Assembly (NCBI GenBank): GCA_038227875.1
Contig: JBBRPR010000007.1
Span: forward strand, 96,001-160,000
From: Planctomycetota bacterium
Lineage (GTDB): Bacteria > Planctomycetota > SZUA-567 > H5-PLA8
Direction of reading: 5' to 3'
Length of the DNA: 64,000 bases
The position numbers and the translations under genes are program-made. The stretch's first letter is position 1, and each line of letters opens with the position of its first letter. Shown here one piece after another: positions 20,191 through 28,092 of the stretch. The notes below the pieces were generated by a model. It was given only the letters and a program-made list of their open reading frames with translations. It was not told the origin of the DNA and searched no databases.

Positions 20191-23121
20191 TTAGTTCGCG
20201 CCAAAGCACATGACCTGGCCGTCCTGCAACGTCAGAATCAACTTTCCTCCCACCGCGGAGAGTCCATCGATTGCCGGGGCGCTTTCCAGCGGGATGCGCT
20301 GAATCAATTTTCCATCGACCGCGGATAATATCACCAGCGCCGGTTTGGCCTGCGGATCGCGAAATTCGTTCACGCCTGCACAATATACCCGTGTTCCGGC
20401 CAGCAGCACGGCTTTCATCTGCAACGACGTCTCCTTATTCGCCCACTCCACTCCAGCTACCCCCTGCTTCGCGGGCGCACCTTTGCAGGCGACCAGGCCG
20501 CGGCCTTCGTCCGGGTCTTTCTTCCCGCCAGGGACGCGGCCGGTAACGACCGTGCGGGTCGCGTCGAAGCTGATCGTTTCGCCGCTCGCGCGTCCATCGG
20601 ATGGCACGGACTTCATGTAGGTACCCGCCGGATTCATCGTTCCCAGCATATCCAGAATCCCGTTGGGCCCCTGCCACGTCGATCCGAATTTCAGCGTCGA
20701 CTGCCGCGCCGCGGCCGGAGTTGCTTTCGGCGCGGCCGCGACGGCCTTGCCGGTATCGATGCCCCCGCCCCAGCCGATCAGATTAAGTCCGTCGCTTAAC
20801 AACAGGTCAGCGGTCTTCGGCGCACGCACCCAGTTCTGATTGTCGTTGTAGTTTTTCTTGAACTGCACTTCGCCGGTGTTCAGATCGACGCCGTAAAGAT
20901 AAAGGCCGCCGTCCAGCGTGCCGCAGCGTCCCGCCACGAAATACGCACGCTCCTGAAACACCAGCACGCCGCTCTTCACCGGCCACGACGATTCGAACTG
21001 ATCGTAGGCACTCATGTACTTCTGTTCCGGAGCGGCCTGCAGCTGCCAGAGCAACTTGCCCTCCGCCGCAGACAGGCAGTAGACCCACCCCGCGTGATCT
21101 CCGAACAGGCACAGCCCATTGTAATATGTCGGAGCGATGGAAACGCGCCCTTCGGTTGCAAACGACCATTTCTTCGCGCCCGATTGCAGGTCAAGCGCCA
21201 CGACGCGGTGCTGCTCTTCGCCGGCCACGAACACCATGCCGGCCGCGCCTGTCGCCTGCGGCAGCGCGCGATTGCCAAGCTTCGCCGACCACACTTGTTT
21301 CAATTGCGCGGGAAGCTCCGCCGCAGATGAATTGCAGCGGTTGTCCCGTCCGCGGTAAATGGGCCAGTCTTCAGGACCCGCGGCCGCTCCCGTGACCTTC
21401 GCGGCGGAGCCTTTGAACACCTGCGGCGTAAGCTCCAACTTCGGCACTGCGCTCGCTCCCGCCAGGGTGAACACGCCGCGCAGCGCAATGTAACAGTTGC
21501 AGGTATGCAGCCCGAACCAGACCAGCCCGTTCGACGGCACGCGCCCGGCCTGGCACGCCGATCGGACACCGAAAATGTGCGTCGGCTCAAACGTGTGACG
21601 GTCCAGGAAATCCGCGCGGCCGTACATGATGTACTGGTCCTCGCCGCGAATTGTCGAACAACACGCGCCGCCGGTGGCCTCGGGGCGCAGCGTCTTGATT
21701 TCCTTGCCCGTCTGCGCGTTGAGAACCACAAACTCCAGCACATCCTTGTCCTTGTTGTCCTTATCTTTTTCCTTCCGCGTTTTGCCGTACCAGACCTGGT
21801 CGGGAAACGTCGTCACATTCCCCACCCCGTCCTGCGTGTCCGACCAGCGTACGGCGCCAGTGCCCGCATCGAGAGCCACGAGGCGGCTGAACACTTTTTC
21901 GTTCTCTTTGAAATTCATCCAGATGTAGATCGTGTCCCCTGTGCAGCGGCAATCGCGCCCGACTTTGCCCGGCAGATCCAGCTCCTTGGGAGCAACCTTC
22001 CAGAGCGATTTTCCGTCGGCGAGATTCAGCGCTTCCACCGTGGAGCCGGGAATGATCGCGGACTCCTTGTAGATCACCAGAGGCTTGTCCCAGATGTCGA
22101 CATTCCGCGACCACAGCGTCTTGCCGCTGGCCTGATCAATCACCGCCAGCGGCGCGTAGCCGACCGCAATCAACTTGTCGCCGGCCTGGCTGATGAATTT
22201 TCCTTTGACCGAATCCAGCGAGTGGACGACCGCGCCCGTCGCCACGTCTCGCGCGATCAGCGGCCCGCCATACGGACTGCGATGGTAAACGAGCTTGTCA
22301 TCGGCGCAGACAATGTTTCCGTTGTCTTCAATCCGCGTCCGCCACAGCACCACGCCGTTGAAGGCATCGCGCGCCACCGCTTCGTACTGGCTCACGCCCG
22401 GCTTGATCCACTCGATCTCTGTATGAAAACTCCGCCCCGCCGCGAACACCTCCGTGCCGTAGTTGCCGCTGCTGTTGTTCATGTAGGTGCTCCACGGCTG
22501 GCCATAGAGCGGCGTGTTGATCCAGCGCACTTCAGCGACCGGGGAGACCAGTTGATCGCTGCCCGGCAATTTGACGATCTTGATCCACGCGCCTTTTCGA
22601 TTCAGCGCCGTGGCCTTCACGTTCTTGAGCTTCTCCGCCTCCGCCAGCAGCGCCGCCGGCTCCACGCCGGAATCGCTGCCGACGATGCCCACTCCGCCCG
22701 GATGCAGCACGCGCACGACTTCCGCCAGGGGCAGATCTTTGAGCTCACCGCTGCGCCAGCCTTCGGCAACGACTCGATTGACAAGGTTGTCGGCATAGGG
22801 CAGATGCGCCGTCCGCCGCCACACCAACGACGCGCGCTCAGCGTTGCCCGCCTCCTGCAATTCGATCCGCAACCGCTCCGCGCGCTCACGCTCCGCGACA
22901 ACGCCTTGAACGTACTGCGTGCCCCCCGCCGCGAGTTTCGCCAGCGCTTTTGCGTCGGTCGGCGCGAGATATAGCCCCAAGCCCGAAAGCGCCATCGCAT
23001 CGGAGTTGCTCAGAGCCAGCTCCGCGATCTCCTCCGCCGCCGTCTGCGCCACCGCTTGGCCAGCGCCGAGCAGACCCACCGCCAGCAGCACCATCGCGAT
23101 CGTTTTGAATGAAGCCCTCAT
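20191..23121 (-). CDS. Secreted PQQ-like beta-propeller protein with degenerate methyltransferase-like N-domain
   Basis: Signal peptide, LPYADNLVN...EVVRVLHPGG, repeated A.DA.TG..LW propeller motifs and DWPIYRG. Confidence 0.85.
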   Translation of the reverse strand: MRASFKTIAMVLLAVGLLGAGQAVAQTAAEEIAELALSNSDAMALSGLGLYLAPTDAKALAKLAAGGTQYVQGVVAERERAERLRIELQEAGNAERASLVWRRTAHLPYADNLVNRVVAEGWRSGELKDLPLAEVVRVLHPGGVGIVGSDSGVEPAALLAEAEKLKNVKATALNRKGAWIKIVKLPGSDQLVSPVAEVRWINTPLYGQPWSTYMNNSSGNYGTEVFAAGRSFHTEIEWIKPGVSQYEAVARDAFNGVVLWRTRIEDNGNIVCADDKLVYHRSPYGGPLIARDVATGAVVHSLDSVKGKFISQAGDKLIAVGYAPLAVIDQASGKTLWSRNVDIWDKPLVIYKESAIIPGSTVEALNLADGKSLWKVAPKELDLPGKVGRDCRCTGDTIYIWMNFKENEKVFSRLVALDAGTGAVRWSDTQDGVGNVTTFPDQVWYGKTRKEKDKDNKDKDVLEFVVLNAQTGKEIKTLRPEATGGACCSTIRGEDQYIMYGRADFLDRHTFEPTHIFGVRSACQAGRVPSNGLVWFGLHTCNCYIALRGVFTLAGASAVPKLELTPQVFKGSAAKVTGAAAGPEDWPIYRGRDNRCNSSAAELPAQLKQVWSAKLGNRALPQATGAAGMVFVAGEEQHRVVALDLQSGAKKWSFATEGRVSIAPTYYNGLCLFGDHAGWVYCLSAAEGKLLWQLQAAPEQKYMSAYDQFESSWPVKSGVLVFQERAYFVAGRCGTLDGGLYLYGVDLNTGEVQFKKNYNDNQNWVRAPKTADLLLSDGLNLIGWGGGIDTGKAVAAAPKATPAAARQSTLKFGSTWQGPNGILDMLGTMNPAGTYMKSVPSDGRASGETISFDATRTVVTGRVPGGKKDPDEGRGLVACKGAPAKQGVAGVEWANKETSLQMKAVLLAGTRVYCAGVNEFRDPQAKPALVILSAVDGKLIQRIPLESAPAIDGLSAVGGKLILTLQDGQVMCFGAN

Positions 23122-23343
23122 CTCATTCACCCTCGTTTCGCCAGTCCCACCCAAAGCCACTCTCAACTCGTGCTATACTCGTGATTGCGACCATGATTCA
23201 CTCATGAATGAAATACACCCACTCCCGTCGCTTTACACGAAGTATTTCTAAAAATTTTAAGGAGTGAAGTAGCGCGACCGATCACTGCAGAAGCACATCC
23301 AATGATAATGCGCACGCCGCCACCGCGGCTCTCGAATCCATCA

Positions 23344-23403
23344 AAGCAAAACGGATTGGCAACCTTCGCCAATCCGCAATCCGCAATCCGAAATCCGCAA
23401 TGC
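23344..23403 (-). repeat. Heptamer family C arm, inverted partner of 18978-19037
   Basis: (AATCCGC)n run plus the same hairpin; starts 2 nt after the stop at 23406. Confidence 0.9.
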
Positions 23404-23405
23404 CG

Positions 23406-24134
23406 TTACTGCAACACCGGCTGGCTCGACAACTGTCCGGGCAGATACTTCACCACGAAAAACGCCACCGGCCCAATCACGGGCACAAACACCAGCGTGC
23501 GCCAGAACAAGCTGCGCGGGCGCGCGCGGTGAACTTCGAATCCCATCCACACCCAGAACGCCAGCCCCGCAACCAATCCCATCACCGCCAGCAGTCCGTC
23601 GACCACCAGCCCCACGCCCTGCTGCAAGCCCAGCTTGTCGAAGAACGGCGAATCGATCAGCACAAACGTTCCGTCCTCCTGCTTATGGACAATGAACGTC
23701 TCCGTGGTGCTGTTTTCCGATCGCGTTTCCGCGCCGCCGCTGGTCGTGGACGGATGACGCAGATCCTCCGTGACCATATGCATGGAGACATCCAGGCTGT
23801 GGCGGTTGTGCGGCATCGACTCGTCGGGCACCACCGCGGTGAATTCCATCTCGACATAGCGGATGGCCTGAAATTCATGTTCGAGGTTTTCGCGGATCTT
23901 CTCGCGCCGCTTGGGATCGCGCGTGCCAAACAGCGTCATCATGTCCGCCGCGTTGGCTTTCTTGAAGCCATCGGACAGTCGCGACAGCAGCGCCTTGATC
24001 GACTGCACATCCTGTTCGGTCAGATCCGACGTCGCCACCGGCGCCGTGGTCCCAGCCTGCACCGCAAATGCCAGAGCGCAGAGCATCACGGTTGTGGCCG
24101 ACAGCATGGCATTGAAGGCGCGCGAAGCGGACAT
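23406..24134 (-). CDS. Exported protein with C-terminal membrane anchor
   Basis: Signal-like N-terminus and two C-terminal TM helices. TGATG overlap with the upstream MerR gene. Confidence 0.7.
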   Translation of the reverse strand: MSASRAFNAMLSATTVMLCALAFAVQAGTTAPVATSDLTEQDVQSIKALLSRLSDGFKKANAADMMTLFGTRDPKRREKIRENLEHEFQAIRYVEMEFTAVVPDESMPHNRHSLDVSMHMVTEDLRHPSTTSGGAETRSENSTTETFIVHKQEDGTFVLIDSPFFDKLGLQQGVGLVVDGLLAVMGLVAGLAFWVWMGFEVHRARPRSLFWRTLVFVPVIGPVAFFVVKYLPGQLSSQPVLQ

Positions 24135-24457
24135 CAGCGCGCTGCCTTCGGTTTGCTGAAAAACGTGTCGCGAATGTCGCGCAGGGTATAGCCATTGCCC
24201 ACCAGATCGCGGATCAGCTTCACGCGATCGACGGAATCGGGCCCAAACAGGCGTTGCCCGCCTTTGGTGGTGTCGAGCGGTTCGAGTAGTCCGAGTAGCA
24301 CATACTGATGCAGCGACTGACGGGTCAACCCCGTCTGCCGCGCCAGCTCCCCGGCCTTCCACAACCGGGACCGCGCCGCGCTCAACGGAGCCGCGCTGGC
24401 TTGCGCCGCGCTCGTCGCCGTCGTCGATACATCCGTCGTCCTGGACACAGTCACCAT
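24134..24457 (-). CDS. Short MerR-family HTH regulator
   Basis: WKAGELARQTGLTRQSLHQY..LGLL.P....GGQRLF...GYTLRDI. Confidence 0.9.
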   Translation of the reverse strand: MVTVSRTTDVSTTATSAAQASAAPLSAARSRLWKAGELARQTGLTRQSLHQYVLLGLLEPLDTTKGGQRLFGPDSVDRVKLIRDLVGNGYTLRDIRDTFFSKPKAAR

Positions 24458-24631
24458 CGCTCCCCAATTCCCACATCTTCTGTTTCGCAGTATACCGCGC
24501 CATGCTGAAGTAAAAAGCAAATACGTATCGCTTGGACTTCAATGAAATGAAGTGGAGAACGTTCTTGGGAATCCCTAAGCTTCCGACAACCGCGACGCCA
24601 GAATAGTTCGCATCGAGGAAATCCCGTCGAC

Positions 24632-25036
24632 ATGAACCTAATTGGGCAATTGAGTTTGATTGCGTTTGTGGTGTGGGTCGTTTTCGTCCCGCGCAGAGGC
24701 TTCGGCGGAGGAAAAAGTCTTTACTGGTACGCCTATTCCCGCCATCAGTGGAGCCTTCTTGAACTCGTTCTCACGATGATTGTTGGCACACTCCCGATCG
24801 GCGTGGTCGCGGTACTTGAACCGGCGTCACGCAGTTTCCTTTTGGACACGGCCGGAATCGCAATCGTGTGTGGGCTCGTTCTCTCATTTATCGGAGCAGC
24901 CTTGGGCCTCACGATCGCCAAAGGTCTCCACATTCAAAGAATCGGTCTCCGCCTTCTGTGTCTGCTGCTCGGATGGATGTCAGTCGTAGCTCTCATCGCA
25001 ATTGCCAAATATGCCCACGAACGAGGCGCGCACTAA
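24632..25036 (+). CDS. Hypothetical membrane protein (about 4 TM)
   Basis: Hydrophobic 134-aa ORF with GAGG upstream. Confidence 0.6.
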   Translation: MNLIGQLSLIAFVVWVVFVPRRGFGGGKSLYWYAYSRHQWSLLELVLTMIVGTLPIGVVAVLEPASRSFLLDTAGIAIVCGLVLSFIGAALGLTIAKGLHIQRIGLRLLCLLLGWMSVVALIAIAKYAHERGAH

Positions 25037-25229
25037 GTTAGCGTCCATCTATTCCGCTCATTCGCGTCGAATACGAACGATACTTGCCGGATTATTAGAA
25101 ACACAAAATCACTCATATTATTCCTCCCATCCTCATTCCCGTTGGACTCACTTTCCGCGTGTGCCCCTTTAGACCGCTGTGCGACTGCAAGTGGCAAGTC
25201 CGCTTCCCGTTGACTACGATTCAACCCCT

Positions 25230-26528
25230 ATGCGTCATTTTCCAGTACTCGTATTTTTGCTCGCCGTTCCGCTATCTGCCGCTGAGTCGCACTACCCCCT
25301 CTGGGACAACCACGAATCCGTCGCCGACTACGCCAAACGCGTCAACCTCCCGCCGACGCGGACGCTGGCGCTAGGCGACAACGTCAAGATGGAACTGGTC
25401 CTGATCCCCGCCGGAAAATTCATGATGGGCACGCCGGAACCCACTCCGGTCGATGAAGAAGCATTCCTCAAGAAGATCATTATCGGAAAGGCGTTGCTGG
25501 CCTCCAGCGTTGGAGCGCTGTTGGTCATGCTGATCGCAGTCTCCATTCTCTCCGTTCGCACTCGGCAACGTCCGAAGTTTTCGCTGCTGCGTCTGCTCAT
25601 GATCACCATCGCGGCGGGCGGATGCGTGCTGAGCGGACTGCATTGGCAGCAAGCGGCGAACGACCTACGCGCTGCACAGCTGGAATATTCGGCTGCTGAA
25701 GCGCGATTCCGCGTTGCGAACAACAACGAAAAGCCTGCGCACCCGGTGACGTTTTCGGTGCCCTTCTACATGGGAACGTACGACGTGACGCAAGCGCAGT
25801 ATCAAGCCGTGAACGGGACGAATCCCAGCCAGTTCAACGGAAAGGACAATCCAGTCGAGAATGTTTCATGGGACGACGCGCAGGCATTCTGCGAGAAATT
25901 GACAGAACGGACGAAGCAAACGGTTCGCCTGCCGTCCGAAGTGGAATGGGAGTATTCCTGCCGAGCCGGGACGACGACCGCATACAATTCCGGCGATACT
26001 GAATCCGATCTGGGCCGAGTAGCGTGGTATAACGGCAACAGCAAAAATACAACGCATCCAGTTGGGCAGAAGGAAGCGAACGCCTTTGGCCTGTACGATA
26101 TGCACGGCAACGTATGGCAATGGTGTCAGGACTCCATCTGCGACATGTCCCATGTACGTGGCGGATCGTGGATCAACCTCTCCATATCCTGTCGGTCAGC
26201 TACACGCTCCCTCCGCGACCAAAACTACCGCGGCTACTTCATCGGTTTCCGTGTAGTCGTGCCCGCGATCAGCGAGCCCTGGCCAGCAACTGGTGGTGCG
26301 CGCATTGCCCTGAGCCTGCCGAAGGGTTCCACTCGCAATTCAGTTCAGGGCCAAAGGCCCGCCGCAATACCAGCCTGGGGCAACGCCCCAGGAAAATGTC
26401 CCGTCACTCATTTAGGGCTGAAAGCCCGACCTATTGCCGTTAAAACAGCCGTCATGTTCTCCGCGAACTTTAACGGGTCGATTCGCATCGACAGCGGTGC
26501 GAGTATTTTTAGGAACGTGAATCTATGA
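25230..26528 (+). CDS. FGE-sulfatase (SUMF1/C-type lectin fold) domain protein with a 2-TM insertion; 3' end reads through REP-like DNA
   Basis: IPAGKFMMG, NPVENVSWDDA, RLPSEVEWEYSCRAG, NAFGLYDMHGNVWQW, RGGSW and GFRVV. Confidence 0.9.
   Translation: MRHFPVLVFLLAVPLSAAESHYPLWDNHESVADYAKRVNLPPTRTLALGDNVKMELVLIPAGKFMMGTPEPTPVDEEAFLKKIIIGKALLASSVGALLVMLIAVSILSVRTRQRPKFSLLRLLMITIAAGGCVLSGLHWQQAANDLRAAQLEYSAAEARFRVANNNEKPAHPVTFSVPFYMGTYDVTQAQYQAVNGTNPSQFNGKDNPVENVSWDDAQAFCEKLTERTKQTVRLPSEVEWEYSCRAGTTTAYNSGDTESDLGRVAWYNGNSKNTTHPVGQKEANAFGLYDMHGNVWQWCQDSICDMSHVRGGSWINLSISCRSATRSLRDQNYRGYFIGFRVVVPAISEPWPATGGARIALSLPKGSTRNSVQGQRPAAIPAWGNAPGKCPVTHLGLKARPIAVKTAVMFSANFNGSIRIDSGASIFRNVNL
26306..26428. 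repeat. REP-like palindromic elements
   Basis: TGCCCTGAGCCTGCCGAAGGG; GGGCCAAAGGCCC; CCTGGGGCAACGCCCCAGG; GGGCTGAAAGCCC. Confidence 0.65.
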
Positions 26529-26707
26529 GACGCCGAATGCTCTTCAGCCTGCTTCTGCTCGCAATCTTTCTATTTTGCTTTCTTCCGATTGGAAGCACGC
26601 ACGATCGTTTTATCTTCAGCTCGTTGGTTCGACTCTATATCGGAGCCATGCTGATCGCGATATTAGTGATAGCGGCTTTCACTAAAAAGAAGCAGGACGG
26701 AAAGTAA
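26525..26707 (+). CDS. Small 2-TM membrane protein
   Basis: 60 aa with two hydrophobic helices and a basic tail. Confidence 0.5.
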   Translation: MRRRMLFSLLLLAIFLFCFLPIGSTHDRFIFSSLVRLYIGAMLIAILVIAAFTKKKQDGK

Positions 26708-26807
26708 ATTTGCGCACGGAGGAAAGTCCGGCACCAGTTACAGGGACGCAACTGACGGCAAGTTTTGAATGGCTGAGCCGACGGGCCACACGTAGAATCC
26801 ACGCGCT

Positions 26808-27151
26808 ATGACCGAGAACCCCAAGCCACGGTGGTTACAGTTCAATCTTTTGCCGCGAACAGTAAACACACCACTCATCCTGTGGGTCAGAAGGCTCAGA
26901 ATGCTTTTGGCCTATTCGATATGCACGGGAATGTGTGGCAACGGTGTGAGGACAGTTATGACGACGATGAAGACCCTTCCAATTCTCCAGCCATTGCAAG
27001 GCGGCTGGCAAGGCAGAGTATCGCAGATCCGTTGCGCGGCGGTTCATGGGCGCAGGATTCCGCGGGCTGTCGGTCAGCTTATCCACCCAGGGAACATTCC
27101 GAACTGCGCTACAACGCTCTTGGTTTCCGTGTCGCGTACACCGCGCCTTGA
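26808..27151 (+). pseudogene. Internally deleted FGE-sulfatase paralogue
   Basis: MTENPKPRWLQFNL start is joined out of frame to the FGE C-terminus (THPVGQK..NAFGLFDMHGNVWQ...RGGSW...GFRV). Confidence 0.75.
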
Positions 27152-27251
27152 CCGCTCCCAATCTTCCGTTCTCAGCGCCCTTTGCGCCTCGGCGTCATTG
27201 CGCGAGAAAACAAGAACCCCAGCCCGCACCCACCTCACACCGTGCGCCTCA

Positions 27252-27752
27252 TGCACGTCATGTATTATAAAATCTTTTTTAATAAATTAACACAAAATAC
27301 TTGACTTTTGGGTTTGAGAGTTGCTTAATACTATAGAGAAAAACGCGACACCCGTTTTCATCTGCTCGACCCTGACAGTCCAAGTCCCGCGAGACCGTCA
27401 TTTCCATCACCCCAAAAAACGCGCCCCAGCCGATCCAGTACGCGTCCGCAGCCCTCGACCCGAGCCAATGGCCATTTCCCATGCCCACTCACCCACAGCC
27501 CCCTACAGCGCAAGCGACAGGGCCCACTGCTGTTCCCCTTCCGTTCCAACCCGCCCAAACCTCCGAGAACCTCGCCCACTCGCCAAAAGCACGTCTACTC
27601 TGACCCCTGGCCCCTGGCCCCTGGCCCCTGGCCCCTGACCCTGACCCCTCGCGGCTTGCCGCGTGCTGCACATCCTGCATTATAAAATCTTTTTAACTAA
27701 TTATCTAGATAGTACTTGACTTTTGCATTCAATCACCGCTTATATAGTATAG
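27252..27752 (+). repeat. Duplicated ~85-bp AT-rich block (27252-27336 and 27667-27752)
   Basis: Both copies share TGCAC, ATTATAAAATCTTTTT, TACTTGACTTTTG, GCTTA and TATAG. Confidence 0.8.
27591..27649. repeat. Heptamer family D arm (TG[A/G]CCCC)n
   Basis: 27591-27620 matches the reverse complement of 31206-31235 at 26/30. Confidence 0.85.
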
Positions 27753-28000
27753 GAAATGATGCGATGCTCCGCTTTCGCCGTTACCGACCACTTTTTGCCG
27801 GACCGATCAGGCCCTCGCAATCGAGTCAAATCCCCCAATGCCGTCCTGCACACGTATGACGCCCCCAACCGACCACCGACCACTTTTCGCCGGACTGAGG
27901 CCCCGGCAGGATGCAAACCTCGCTCTCGTTTCGCGCACTTAAAGCGCCTCTAAGAAGCCCGAGCGCACCTAGAGCACCTATGGACCCACCCCCAATGCGT

Positions 28001-28030
28001 GTAACATTCTGTCACATTACGTAACATTCA
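28001..28030. promoter_or_regulatory. Three 10-bp-period direct repeats, candidate response-regulator box
   Basis: GTAACATTCT GTCACATTAC GTAACATTCA, about 60 bp upstream of the glycosyltransferase gene. Confidence 0.5.
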
Positions 28031-28092
28031 CATCGAGCATTCCACACCATGCACGTTGTTGCAAAAATCCCACAACCCGGTAATCTGCTACG

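Noticed and set aside
26718..26732. GGAGGAAAGTCCGG resembles the RNase P RNA 5' conserved motif
   Set aside because: No matching 3' motif (ACAGAA...CGGCTTA) or P1 helix was found downstream, and that region is FGE-derived coding sequence.
27035..27133. DGR template repeat for the upstream FGE gene
   Set aside because: Not AAC-rich, differences are not confined to adenines, and there is no RT in the window.
24540..27250. Integron cassette array (co-oriented small low-GC ORFs)
   Set aside because: No convincing RYYYAAC...GTTRRRY attC pairs and no integrase.
27252..27280. dif/Xer site
   Set aside because: Only a loose resemblance; it lacks the TTATGTTAAA XerD arm and the 11-6-11 layout.
27591..27649. 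CRISPR array
   Set aside because: Short tandem heptamers without unique spacers, and no cas genes.
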